The notes: generated by a model from the sequence alone, not told the origin. A DNA stretch of 32,000 bases from Methanobacteriota archaeon (GCA_963719035.1 CAVRAO010000006.1:165601-197600); one strand, 5' to 3'; counted from the stretch's first letter, positions 16,933-26,980 are shown. Made by a program: numbers and translations.

Positions 16933-19113
16933 ATGGATTTAAAGGACTTGCCCGAAACAATTACCCATTTTTATCCTCATCCCGGCTTCACGGAACTCTA
17001 TCCACCTCAAGCTGAAGCGATAGCATGTGGACTGCTCGACGGTGCAAGCTTAGTTGTCGCTACGCCTACTGCCTCTGGAAAGACGCTATTGGCAGAGTTT
17101 GCCATGCTCAATTCGATTTATCAAGGCGGCAAGTGCCTCTACATCGTGCCGCTAAAGGCGCTAGCTTCAGAAAAGTTCGACAGGTTTTCGCTATTTGCCG
17201 CGTTTGGCGTCAAAATAGGCATCTCAACTGGAGACTATGACGTTCGTGACGACAAACTTGGGCATAATGATATTATCGTGACGACTTCAGAAAAGGCGGA
17301 TTCACTGCTACGAAATGGCGTGGAGTGGATGCGTACGTTGGGCGTTATCGTGGCTGACGAAATCCATCTGCTGGACTCTATGGATCGGGGTCCAACGCTT
17401 GAAGTAACGCTCACTAAGCTCAAAAAACTGAACCCCCTTGCCCAGATACTCGCCCTCAGCGCTACCGTTTCTAACGCAGATGACATCGCGCATTGGCTTA
17501 GCGCGCAACTCGTCCGAAGCGACTGGCGACCTGTGGCGCTGCACGAAGGTCTCTACCTTGTAGAAAGTGCTACCATCACGTTTGTGCAAGATACGCTTCA
17601 ACGAAGTACCTCGAAAAAAGCCATTTCCGATGGTTCGGCCGACCCCCCTATTGCACTAGCGATCGACACCATTGCTGACGGTGGGCAATGTCTGGTCTTC
17701 GTTAACACGCGGAGAAACGCCGAAAGCCTCGCAAAGAAAATGGCGTCCGCGATGAAATCGCTACGGCATGATTGCGCGGAGTTAGCAGCAAAGATCCACG
17801 GAGATACCGCAATAGAGGAAAAACTCAAGTATTGCGTGCAGAACTCGGTCGCATTCCATCACGCGGGGCTTTCAAGCGATGATCGTAAACTCGTCGAGGC
17901 AGGGTTCCGAGAGAACTGCATAAAGGTCATTGTCGCTACCCCCACGCTGGCATCAGGACTAAACCTTCCCGCCCGAAGAGTGATTATTAGAGACTACAAA
18001 CGTTATGATGCAAACTATGGCATGACGAATATCCCTGTGCTCGAATATAAGCAGATGGCAGGACGCGCAGGAAGGCCTGGATTCGATTCTTACGGGGAGG
18101 CAATACTCATAGCAAAATCACCAAACGAGTGTGAGGCGCTTGCAGAGCACTATATTCTGAACGAGGCAGAAGACGTCATATCTAAGCTCGGCACAGAGAC
18201 CGCCTTACGCGTGCACGTGCTCTCGACCATTTCTAATGGTTTCGCACGCACAAGAGATGAGCTCGAACGATTTTTTGGTGCAACGTTCTTTGGATTTCAG
18301 CAGCAGAGTTCACTGAACCTCACTTCATACGTCATCGACAGCGTATTAGCGTTTTTAGCGCATGAGGAGATGATAGTCGACTTCGGAGGACATATCAAAG
18401 CCACCTCATTTGGACACCTCGTATCCAAGCTATATATTGACCCACTGTCCGCCGTGAAGATCAGACGAGGACTTGAAAATGCTGAGAGCGCCTCTGACGT
18501 TGCGCTTCTTCAGCTCATTTGCTCAACCCCGGACGTTAAGCGTCTGTATATGCGTAACAGAGACTATCATTCGGTGACTGAATTTGTCAATAAGCACATT
18601 GACGAGTTCTTGGTCGAAATTCCTGATCGGTTTAGAGACGTCGATTATGAGTGGTTCCTTTCTGAGGTTAAAACAGCCATGCTCGTTCACGATTGGATCA
18701 ATGAGGTAAGTGAAAAAGAGATTACTGAGAACTACAACGTCGGGCCGGGAGACATTAGAAATCTCGTAGACACCGTGCAGTGGATAAGTCACGCGCTCGC
18801 GGAACTCGCCGCCTACCTCAAAGTGCCTTCAAAGAGACAGGCACGGGAGCTTACCGAACGCGTCCAGTTTGGTATAAATCGCGAGCTCCTTGATCTCGTA
18901 CAGTTGAAAAACATCGGCCGCGTGCGTGGCCGAAAGCTCTTCGATGCCGGTTTCTCAAGCCGTAAAGATGTCAAAAATGCTGCGTTTGAGGCGATCGCAA
19001 CACTTCTTGGTCCAGCAATAGCCGCAGATGTCTTTGAACAACTTGGATCCGCTCAAAAATTGGCAAAAGGAAAAGATCAACCCGCAGAACAACGATTTTT
19101 CAAGAGCGACTGA
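16933..19113 (+). CDS. hel308: Hel308/Hjm Ski2-like DNA helicase
   Basis: 726 aa. It has ELYPPQAEA, Walker A ATPTASGKT, the DEIH box VADEIHLL (about 17351-17374), LSAT, and motif VI QMAGRAGRPGFD. The C-terminal ratchet/HhH-type region is of the expected length. Confidence 0.95.
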   Translation: MDLKDLPETITHFYPHPGFTELYPPQAEAIACGLLDGASLVVATPTASGKTLLAEFAMLNSIYQGGKCLYIVPLKALASEKFDRFSLFAAFGVKIGISTGDYDVRDDKLGHNDIIVTTSEKADSLLRNGVEWMRTLGVIVADEIHLLDSMDRGPTLEVTLTKLKKLNPLAQILALSATVSNADDIAHWLSAQLVRSDWRPVALHEGLYLVESATITFVQDTLQRSTSKKAISDGSADPPIALAIDTIADGGQCLVFVNTRRNAESLAKKMASAMKSLRHDCAELAAKIHGDTAIEEKLKYCVQNSVAFHHAGLSSDDRKLVEAGFRENCIKVIVATPTLASGLNLPARRVIIRDYKRYDANYGMTNIPVLEYKQMAGRAGRPGFDSYGEAILIAKSPNECEALAEHYILNEAEDVISKLGTETALRVHVLSTISNGFARTRDELERFFGATFFGFQQQSSLNLTSYVIDSVLAFLAHEEMIVDFGGHIKATSFGHLVSKLYIDPLSAVKIRRGLENAESASDVALLQLICSTPDVKRLYMRNRDYHSVTEFVNKHIDEFLVEIPDRFRDVDYEWFLSEVKTAMLVHDWINEVSEKEITENYNVGPGDIRNLVDTVQWISHALAELAAYLKVPSKRQARELTERVQFGINRELLDLVQLKNIGRVRGRKLFDAGFSSRKDVKNAAFEAIATLLGPAIAADVFEQLGSAQKLAKGKDQPAEQRFFKSD

Positions 19114-19121
19114 AGCAAACC

Positions 19122-19637
19122 ATGCGTTATGAAATTCTTGCCGGAAAAGCAACAATTGAAAGCGTTGAGGCGTTTTTACACGATATTGATGCAATTGCAC
19201 GGTCAAGCAACGCGGCGATTCAAGCTGTTGACGCCTCAAAAGTTGCAGATAGGCAGCATGTTGAAGATGCTGTGCGTCAGTCACTCAGGTCTTTTGCAGA
19301 TGGGCGCAACATCGCTACGAACCTCGGTGTTGAGATCCTCCTTCACCTAAGTGCTTGCCGACAAATTCAAAAAGCGCTCAATTTCGGCCTTCAAAAAGGA
19401 GAGAGAGACGTTTTGTTCATTATCGTAGGCACGAAGACGGCAATTGAAAGAAGTGCTCAGAAACTTAACCAATTGATAGTCGTCGATCCTCGCGTGATCG
19501 ATTATCGTGAGGCAAAACGCGAGGCATTGATGCAGACGTTCAACATCACGGAAGAAGAAGTCAGAGCCGTTGGGGGGTTCCACAGAATTCCGGAATTGGT
19601 GCGTGAGCGACTCGCGCTATTTGACGCGTTCAAATAA
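19122..19637 (+). CDS. cgi121: KEOPS complex subunit Cgi121-like
   Basis: 171 aa, starting 8 nt after the hel308 stop. The stretch IQAVDASKVADRQHVEDAVRQSL...GVEILLHLSACRQIQKALNFGLQKGERDVLFIIVG parallels the archaeal Cgi121 pattern as I recall it (Q.l.a..va...Hl..A...A........EiL...sG.RQI..Ai...G.....v.li). Confidence 0.7.
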   Translation: MRYEILAGKATIESVEAFLHDIDAIARSSNAAIQAVDASKVADRQHVEDAVRQSLRSFADGRNIATNLGVEILLHLSACRQIQKALNFGLQKGERDVLFIIVGTKTAIERSAQKLNQLIVVDPRVIDYREAKREALMQTFNITEEEVRAVGGFHRIPELVRERLALFDAFK

Positions 19638-19835
19638 CTAATAACCTTTTCGAGAGAACCAATGCTATTTTACGACAATGTGAAGCAATACACATAATTA
19701 GTCTTTGATGAGAAAAAGCGGCGCGCTGCTGAGCCACGATATTTGCGCAAACAATCATAACACAAAACTTAAGATTGAAAAGCAAAGCCTCACTCGTATG
19801 CGGCTTTACTCTGCAAACGCGAATCGTGGATTCTG

Positions 19836-20537
19836 ATGAAAACGGTAGTTGCTGTACTCATTCCGACGCTCAATGAAGAGGCCACCATCAGCCGTGTAAT
19901 TGATAGAGTTCCTGTTCACGCGCTCTCGAACGACGGATACGACACCGCCATCTACGTTATCGATGGAAGATCAGAAGATAGGACACAGCAGAAGGCACTC
20001 GAAAAAGGCGCAGAGGTGTTGCTCGTTACGCAGCCAGGAAAAGGTGCGGCAGTGCAACATGCATTTTCATCAATTAGCGCAGATTTCTTCATTATGATCG
20101 ACGGAGATGATACCTATCCCCCCGAGCGAATTACGGATTTCGTGCACCTTCTGCGTACGTATGACGTTGTAATCGGCTCCCGTCTAATCGGCCGTATCGA
20201 GGACGGAGCTATGACGCGAACAAACCTGTTTGGCAATCGTATACTCACGGTCTTAGCACGCGCGCTTTTCAAAAAAGAGATAACTGACGTGTGTTCCGGA
20301 TTCTGGGGCTATCGCAAACACGTCATTGATCGCATGGATCTTAATGCACGCGGATTTGAGATCGAAGCAGATATGTTTGTCGAATGCGCGCGTCTTCGCT
20401 TTAGCATAGGAGAGGTCGCGATTGATTATAAAAAACGGGTCGATCGACCAAAGTTGAGTTCGATCAGCGATGGACTTAAGATAAGTTTTTTTTTGATAAC
20501 GCGATGGGTGACTCTTGATCGGGGGGGAGGGCCGTAA
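19836..20537 (+). CDS. GT2 glycosyltransferase, dolichyl-phosphate hexose synthase-like
   Basis: It begins VAVLIPTLNEEATISRVIDRV, and has YVIDGRSEDRT and the DxD-type motif IMIDGDDTY. The soluble GT-A domain of 233 aa is comparable to AglJ/AglD/Dpm1-type enzymes. Confidence 0.88.
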   Translation: MKTVVAVLIPTLNEEATISRVIDRVPVHALSNDGYDTAIYVIDGRSEDRTQQKALEKGAEVLLVTQPGKGAAVQHAFSSISADFFIMIDGDDTYPPERITDFVHLLRTYDVVIGSRLIGRIEDGAMTRTNLFGNRILTVLARALFKKEITDVCSGFWGYRKHVIDRMDLNARGFEIEADMFVECARLRFSIGEVAIDYKKRVDRPKLSSISDGLKISFFLITRWVTLDRGGGP

Positions 20538-20548
20538 GAATCGCTTAC

Positions 20549-21685
20549 GTGATGGATGCAATTTACCCATACAACGTGGGGGGGGCGGACAAACGTCTGT
20601 GGGAACTGGCACGTAAGCTTGCTGAAAACAGTGAGCACGAAGTGCATATTTACGGTATGAAATGGTGGCAAGGGCCTGATACGATCGTGACTGACAACGT
20701 GCACCTGCACGGCGTTTGCAAGGTTCGTGAACTGTACAACGAAGACGGCGTTCGCTCGATAAAGGAGGCGTTGATATACTCGTTGAAAGTCTTGCCGCCC
20801 CTCCTAAAGGCCGATTATGACGTGATAGACTGCAACCAATTCCCTTATCTCCCGTGTTTCTCTGGCAAAATCGCCTCCATAATTAAAAGAAAACCGTTAG
20901 TGATCACGTGGTTAGAAGTGTGGGACACCTATTGGCGTTCATACCTCGGTACTATCGGGGGCAGCGTTGGCAGAATGATAGAACGACTGACGATGCGTCT
21001 TCCTGACGGCATTGTCGCGATATCTCAAAAGACAAGAATGGATCTTATAAGACGCGGCAAAGTCAAACCAGAGCGCATTGATGTCATACCGGTCGGTATT
21101 GATCTCGAGCGCATCGTCAAGATCACACCCGCCCCGAAAAGTACTGACGTGCTGTTTGCCGGGCGTCTTATTTACGAGAAACGGGTCGATTTATTGCTGA
21201 ACGCGGTAGCCATTGCAAAAAAGGAAATTCCAACGATTACTTGCGCGATTGTTGGGGATGGTCCCGAACGAGGCTTGCTCGAAGACCTTGCTATTAAGCT
21301 CGGGATAGTAGAGAATGTATTCTTTACCGGCTTCGTCGATCAAGATGGGCTTACCGCGTACATGAAGGCATCAAAGGTATTCGTCCTTCCATCGATTCGT
21401 GAGGGGTTCGGACTTGTTATCATCGAAGCCAACGCTTGCAGGTTGCCTGTGATCAGCATGAGCCACGATATGAGTGCTGCCCGAGAGCTCGTTAAAGATG
21501 GCGTCAACGGTTTCCTCGTCAGCGACATCTCGTCTCGTGAAATCGCAGAGGCTATTGTTAAGCTCGTCATGGACGACGCACTACGAGAACGACTTGCCGA
21601 AAACGGGTTTGCTATGGCGAAGAAATACGCGTGGTCGGACATCTCAAAAAAGATTATAGATACATATAAGAAATTAAGCAGCTGA
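20549..21685 (+). CDS. GT4 (GT-B fold) glycosyltransferase
   Basis: The N-terminus has YPYNVGGADKRLWELARKL, and the EX7E region is REGFGLVIIEANACRLPVIS. Start is GTG 20549 or ATG 20552. Confidence 0.9.
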   Translation: MMDAIYPYNVGGADKRLWELARKLAENSEHEVHIYGMKWWQGPDTIVTDNVHLHGVCKVRELYNEDGVRSIKEALIYSLKVLPPLLKADYDVIDCNQFPYLPCFSGKIASIIKRKPLVITWLEVWDTYWRSYLGTIGGSVGRMIERLTMRLPDGIVAISQKTRMDLIRRGKVKPERIDVIPVGIDLERIVKITPAPKSTDVLFAGRLIYEKRVDLLLNAVAIAKKEIPTITCAIVGDGPERGLLEDLAIKLGIVENVFFTGFVDQDGLTAYMKASKVFVLPSIREGFGLVIIEANACRLPVISMSHDMSAARELVKDGVNGFLVSDISSREIAEAIVKLVMDDALRERLAENGFAMAKKYAWSDISKKIIDTYKKLSS

Positions 21686-21771
21686 CAGAGTGTCACGTAA
21701 AAACTGATCGACCTGTGCTAGCTAACTCTCTTCTGACACTAGTTCGTAAACGTATGCAAGAATAACCCTTC

Positions 21772-22900
21772 ATGAAAGCCCTGATCGTTTCACCGTATTA
21801 TTCCGGCGTTGGTGGATTACAGCAGTACCTGGTACAGAATTGCGGTTGGATTGCACGATGCGGGAGTTGACACGACCGTGGTAACAAGTTCTCGCGTTCT
21901 ACAGAGACCGGGCCCTTCGGTCATCACACTTCCGCAACTTACTACAGTTTCTAACACACCGTTTAGCTTGCGCTGGTTTGGATCTATCAAGAGGATTATC
22001 AAAGATCTTGACCCTGACATAGTAAATGGACACCTCCCGGTACCTTACATGGCCGATGTCGCTGCGAGGGAATGCGGCGGTCACCCGTTTGTCCTGACGT
22101 ACCACAACGACGCCGTAGGCATCACTCCCTTTACCAAGCTTCTAGTGCGCAGTTACTACGATATCTTAGGGAGAGGGACCATCAGGCGTGCGAGTCGCAT
22201 TATTGCCACTTCTCAACGCTACGCCGAACGGTCTCCGTACCTTAAGGGGTTCGGTCAAAAAACTGCTATCGTCCCCCCCGGCGTCGATCTAGCGACATTC
22301 AATCCAGACGTACATTCCGGCTTTCTAAGAGACACTTACGGCCTCGAAGGGTCTATCATCCTCTTTGTCGGGCAGCTAAGCAAAACGCATCGGTTTAAGG
22401 GGCTCTCCATTCTCATTCGCGCGCTACGACAGCTCGATCCAAGCACGACGCTTGTGGTCGTCGGCGGGGGGAACTGGTTCTCACACTACAAAGCGGACGC
22501 AGAAAACGCCGGGGTTGCTGATCGGGTCGTTTTCGCTGGAATCATATCAGAAGAAGAGCTGCCTCTTTACTATCGGGGCGCAGACCTCACTGTGCTTCCC
22601 ACTTACACTGATGCAGAAGGTTTTGGTATGGTCTTAGCCGAAGCGAATGCGTGTGGCAGGCCCGTTGTTGGGACGAACGTCGGGGGTATTCCATCGGTAA
22701 TTCAAGACCAACATAACGGGTTGCTCGTAGAACCGGGAGATCTGCATGGGCTCGTACAAGCGATCAGAGCTGTATTAAGTGACGGTAAGCTCGCTGAGAT
22801 GCTCGGCCACAATGGTTTCGAGAAGATCCGCAGCGAGTTCACGTGGGATCACGCAGTTTCTCGCACGATGAAAGTCTACGATGGCTTAATATACGCTTAG
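21772..22900 (+). pseudogene. GT4 glycosyltransferase interrupted by an apparent 1-nt frameshift near its 5' end
   Basis: ATG 21772..TGA 21870 encodes MKALIVSPYYSGVGGLQQYLVQN..., a canonical GT4 N-terminus (compare MRICMVSNLYPPYVLGGAELYVQHI in the next GT4). The rest (IAVGLHDAGVDTTVVTSS ... EGFGMVLAEANACGRPVVG) continues in the +1 frame as track ORF 21809..22900. Removing one base around 21838-21842 (cagAATTgcg) restores one ~375-aa frame. Confidence 0.8.
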
Positions 22901-22966
22901 CTCAAAAATTTAGACGGAAAACAGACTGAGATACATTTTAAAGCGTTGACCTCGAGGTAATGTTTT

Positions 22967-24184
22967 ATGAGAATTTGTATGGTGTCCAATCTTTACCCGC
23001 CATACGTTCTCGGTGGCGCTGAATTATACGTCCAGCATATTACAAAAAAGCTAAGCGCTCAGCATGATATCTCTATAATAACTACAGCTCCGTTCGGCAC
23101 AGACAACGCCTCAGTTTCAAATCTAGAAGGCGAAGAAAAAGAATCGATCTACCGGTTTTACCCGCTGAACCTCTACTCGACTTATAATTATGCGCTTAAG
23201 TCCATATTTATCAAGCCAATCTGGCACCTCATCGACGTGTGGAACCCCCACGTCTATATTTTCGTAAAGGAGGTGTTAAAGCGGGAGATGCCAGAAGTCG
23301 TACATGTGCACAATTTTAAGGGGATGTCGGCATCGGTGTTCAGTGCCGCCAACGATTTGGGTATTCCCGTCATTCACACCGTACACGACTACGACCTTAT
23401 CTGCCCTAAGACGACAATGCTGACAAGAACAAATGCCTCTTGCGTGACCCCCCACAGCTTGTGTCGCATCTATCGGTGGCTTTCCAAGCGCATTGCTCTG
23501 ACAACTGTTATCGCTCCGTCTGATTTTATGCTTAAAACCCTTTCTAGCTATGGACTCTTCCCCGATGTGCCAAAGATAATGCTCCCGCTTGGCATCGAGG
23601 AGGGCGAACCGGTACCAAGAGTGAGCACTGGCACGTTTGATGTACTCTATGTCGGACGTCTGGGAAAACACAAAGGAGTCGACACCCTCATCGAAGCAAT
23701 GAAAGGCTTAGATCTCAGGAATGCTCGACTGCACATAGTCGGGCAAGGCAGCGACAGGACACGTCTCGAGCGTGTTGCACACGACGATTCACGAGTTATC
23801 ATCTATGGCTTTTTAGCCCCCGATAAGCTCCGAAAGCTCTACAGCATAGCTGATGTCGCTGCGGTTCCATCGATCTACAATGAGCCCTTCGGACTCGTTA
23901 TCCCTGAATACTATCAACATGGCATCCCTGTCTTAGGCAGCCGCGCAGGAGCGCTTCCTGAGCTCATCACCGATGGATATAACGGCTACCTCTTTGAGCC
24001 TAGCGACGTTGCAGCACTCACTGCTTTTCTGAGAATATTATCGAGTGATTCGAGACTCCTTAGTGAACTCAGCACGAACGCACGCAGGTCTTCAAAGGCT
24101 TTTGACCTGCGAGGTCACGTGCATAAGCTCGAAGCGATATATGCAGATGTCGCCTTACGCCAAAGTTCTCCAATTGCGTGCTGA
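22967..24184 (+). CDS. GT4 (GT-B fold) glycosyltransferase
   Basis: The product begins MRICMVSNLYPPYVLGGAELYVQHITKKL, and the EX7E region is NEPFGLVIPEYYQHGIPVLG. 405 aa. Confidence 0.9.
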   Translation: MRICMVSNLYPPYVLGGAELYVQHITKKLSAQHDISIITTAPFGTDNASVSNLEGEEKESIYRFYPLNLYSTYNYALKSIFIKPIWHLIDVWNPHVYIFVKEVLKREMPEVVHVHNFKGMSASVFSAANDLGIPVIHTVHDYDLICPKTTMLTRTNASCVTPHSLCRIYRWLSKRIALTTVIAPSDFMLKTLSSYGLFPDVPKIMLPLGIEEGEPVPRVSTGTFDVLYVGRLGKHKGVDTLIEAMKGLDLRNARLHIVGQGSDRTRLERVAHDDSRVIIYGFLAPDKLRKLYSIADVAAVPSIYNEPFGLVIPEYYQHGIPVLGSRAGALPELITDGYNGYLFEPSDVAALTAFLRILSSDSRLLSELSTNARRSSKAFDLRGHVHKLEAIYADVALRQSSPIAC

Positions 24185-24217
24185 GCAACGAGTAAAAAAC
24201 TAACTATCGAGGTTCGC

Positions 24218-25408
24218 GTGGATATTCTTTCAATAACCGTTCATTACGGCTTGTCTAAGCCTTCAAGCGGCGGGCAGAACAGGTACTCTCACATCATTCA
24301 AGAGCTTAGCAGGCGCGGAAACAACGTGATAGTGCTCGAGCCTCAAATCTTTTTTGATGCCAGCGACGTGGAATGCGCCAAGATCTATACATATCCAAAA
24401 TACTCAATATTCGGAAGAAGTTTGAACCTCCTTAAGGACTTAGATATCTGGTTCCTTATCAAACTAATAAAGATTTTTCGACGCGAGCACATCGACTTGA
24501 TTACTATTGACAGTCCTTACGGCGCTTTGGCAGTTAGACTCGCAGGTAAACTAACCAAGAATGAAGCGCCAATCATCTACAGTTCTCACAACGTCGAATC
24601 TAGATTCACGAGCGAAGTTACGCCGCAATTTACGCAATTATCGCATCTAGAACGAAAAATAATACCTCAGTATGTAACCGCAGTAGAGAGACTGACTACG
24701 AGACACTTAGTGAACCACCTAACTGCAGTGAGTGATGCAGACGCAAGACTGTTTCGCAGAAAATATGGCCTCAGCAAAGACAAGATAACCGTGATTCCCA
24801 GCGGTTGTCAAATTAAGCCCCAACTTGAGAAGCAAGCAAAAAAGCGCCTGAGGGCGGAAATGGGCTTGGATCCTGATTCTGTAATCGTTGTGTTTCACGG
24901 CACCTATTCTTTCCCACCAAACAAAGAGGCGATCGAAACGATCATCGACGGCGTAGCGCCTGAGTTTGAAAATGACGAATCAGTCTTATTTGTGCTATAT
25001 GGAAGTGACGTTCCCAAATTTGAGCGAGCTAACGTGAGGTCTTTCGGTTTTGTTGAAGACTTACACCAAGCCGTTTCTATAGCGGATATCGCATTGGTGC
25101 CCTTGAGAAGTGGGAGTGGCACAAAGCTAAAACTGTTCGATTACATGAATGCGGGCTTACCTATAATCACGACATGGAAAGGTATTGAAGGGGTACGAGT
25201 TAACGAAAATGAACACGTTATTATCGTCGACACTATAGACAGAGAGATGGTAGAGTCCATCAAGTACCTCGTGCAAAACCCTCAAGAACGCGAGAGGCTT
25301 GGGTTGAACGCTCGGAGACTTGCTGAGGACGAATATAGCTGGGGTGTTATCGGAGATAAATTGGATAGCACCTATCGAGGGGTCGAAAAACAAAGAGCTC
25401 GTAGATAG
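24218..25408 (+). CDS. GT-B fold glycosyltransferase (GT4-like, divergent acceptor-side motif)
   Basis: The GTG start has GAGG 6 nt upstream. It has SKPSSGGQNRYSHIIQELSRRG at the N-terminus, and the C-terminal Rossmann half is VVFHGTYSFPPN...VPLRSGSGTKLKLFDYMNAGLPIITT. It is visibly more AT-rich than the flanking core genes. Confidence 0.82.
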   Translation: MDILSITVHYGLSKPSSGGQNRYSHIIQELSRRGNNVIVLEPQIFFDASDVECAKIYTYPKYSIFGRSLNLLKDLDIWFLIKLIKIFRREHIDLITIDSPYGALAVRLAGKLTKNEAPIIYSSHNVESRFTSEVTPQFTQLSHLERKIIPQYVTAVERLTTRHLVNHLTAVSDADARLFRRKYGLSKDKITVIPSGCQIKPQLEKQAKKRLRAEMGLDPDSVIVVFHGTYSFPPNKEAIETIIDGVAPEFENDESVLFVLYGSDVPKFERANVRSFGFVEDLHQAVSIADIALVPLRSGSGTKLKLFDYMNAGLPIITTWKGIEGVRVNENEHVIIVDTIDREMVESIKYLVQNPQERERLGLNARRLAEDEYSWGVIGDKLDSTYRGVEKQRARR

Positions 25409-25422
25409 AGGAATAGTTAATG

Positions 25423-25467
25423 AAAAAGCCAGCTCGCGGTCGCTTTTCACCGTGGCTGTCAGTTTTT
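25423..25467. terminator. Candidate bidirectional terminator between the convergent GT4 and flippase genes
   Basis: An imperfect hairpin, AGCCA[gctcg]CGGT - loop - ACCGTGGCT, is flanked by A5 (25423-25427, T5 on the minus strand) and T5 (25463-25467). Confidence 0.3.
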
Positions 25468-25485
25468 GTTTCTATAATTACAACG

Positions 25486-26947
25486 TCACGTTCTGCCGAT
25501 TATGCTCTTAATGACGTCAACGTCTTGCTTCGTGAAGGTTCTAAGTGCGATTAGAGTGGCGAAGTACACCCACACAACGACGCCGAATATGATGAAGATG
25601 TTGATTGGCCTGAGATAATACGCTACGACTGCTACCACCAATGACCCGACCAGCGGTTTGAGCACGACCCGCTGCACCTGAATGAAGCACAGACTCTTCG
25701 AAGCGTAGTAGAAGCAGATAGAAAACGTGGTGAGCTCAGTTGCTACCATGACGTAGCTTGCGCCAATGTAGCTGAACGCGGGGATGACAAGAAGATTGAG
25801 AACGATATTCACCACCACACCTAATCCGGTGGCATACATCACTACACGCTGCAAATTTATCGACGTCAGCGTTGTTGTAAGCACGAAATTAAGAAACAGA
25901 ATAGAGACTGACCAGATGACGACTTGCAGCACGACGGCCGAGTTATAGAACTGGCCGCCATAAACGATGTCGATGACCTTGTCTGCGAGCACCGTCGTGC
26001 CGAATGCGAGCGGAAGCCCGAGGATGAGCATGTAACGGAACGACTCGTTGTACACGATCTTTGTGAGGTCCCGCGAAGAGACGTGGAGCGTAGACATGAC
26101 AGGGAAGAGCGCTCCCATGAACGCCGCTGGCACAAACGTCAATGAAAACGCCATGGTATACGCGGCGTTGAACCATCCAGTCGCAGCATCTCCCTGAATA
26201 AACGACAGAAGCAGCGTACTTATCTTATAATAGATAAGTGTGAAGAACACAATCAGTCCAAAGGAAGGGGCCTCACTAAGCAAATACGTCAAGAAACGCC
26301 GCTTGAGCCTAAACTTCGGACGCGCAAACCGTACTGAGGCGAGCGCGAGACTTGCCGTTAAGTTGATCAGGCTCCCGACGACGAACGCGAGGGCAAGTGC
26401 CATCAAGCCGTACCCGAGATATAGCACGATGATGCCAAGAACGACCGTCACGCTCTGTTGAACGATGTTCAGGGTGGCGTCGTACTCCATTTTTTCGTGA
26501 GCTTTGAATGTCGCTCTGACGATCTGCGCGAGAGCGGTTAGCATGTAAGCGAGGACGGCGATGTACACGATCACGGCCTTTTCCTGCGGAAGGTCCATTA
26601 AGCCCACGAGGAGGAACAAGAATCCATAAGCGACCACAGAAAGCGCCGATTCAACGAACAGGATGTTGCCAACGTAACGAGCGAGGTACATTCTTTTCCC
26701 GTGAAGTGTCCCGGATGATGAGGTTGCTCATACCAAAATCCGAGATAACGCCATAGACCTCCGCAAACGAGAAGGCAAAGGCATATATACCGTACCCTGC
26801 AGGACCGAGCGTTCGAGCGATGGCGATGGCAAGCGCGAAGCGTATCAGACGGGTAAATATATCCGCAGAAGCCAAAACTGCGGTATTCTTGAATATCCGT
26901 CTCCTCGTGCTCATCTCGAACTCATTGTTTTTTCGGCGTTGCGACAC
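25486..26947 (-). pseudogene. MOP-superfamily (Wzx/AglR-like) oligosaccharide flippase split by an apparent 1-nt frameshift
   Basis: Track ORFs 26651..26947 (98 aa: ...FKNTAVLASADIFTRLIRFALAIAIARTLGPAGYGIYAFAFSF...IIRDTSREKN) and 25486..26691 (401 aa: MYLARYVGNILFVESALSV..., many TM spans) are the N- and C-terminal parts of one flippase in different frames, overlapping by 41 nt. The junction is at minus-strand cggGAAAAGAATGtac (26689-26701). Deleting one A of the A4 run (26694-26697) gives ...SRERMYLARYVGN... in a single frame. The start is GTG 26947 or ATG 26914. Confidence 0.8.
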
Positions 26948-26964
26948 AGGGCATTTGTACTAAC

Positions 26965-26980
26965 AACGAACGCGTTCGTT
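26965..26980. promoter_or_regulatory. Perfect 16-bp palindrome in the divergent flippase / GT-C intergenic region (candidate operator)
   Basis: AACGAACGCGTTCGTT is its own reverse complement. It lies 18 nt upstream of the flippase GTG 26947 and ~100 nt upstream of the GT-C TATA box. Confidence 0.4.

Noticed and set aside
19706-19732. TGATGA ... CTGA pair suggestive of a C/D-box sRNA. A similar ATGATAG/CTGA/TGATGA set occurs at 31069-31160.
   Set aside because: The second box pair (C'/D with proper 12-nt guide spacing and a terminal stem) is missing or degenerate in both cases, so this is not enough to call an sRNA.
20519-20548. In-frame ...RIAYV immediately upstream of the first GT4 start, resembling the usual M-[KR]-IAYV GT4 N-terminal strand.
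   Set aside because: There is no start codon of any common type between the upstream in-frame TGA (20516-20518) and GTG 20549. The segment is also constrained by the overlapping 3' end of the GT2 gene. This is probably coincidence, with initiation at GTG 20549 or ATG 20552.
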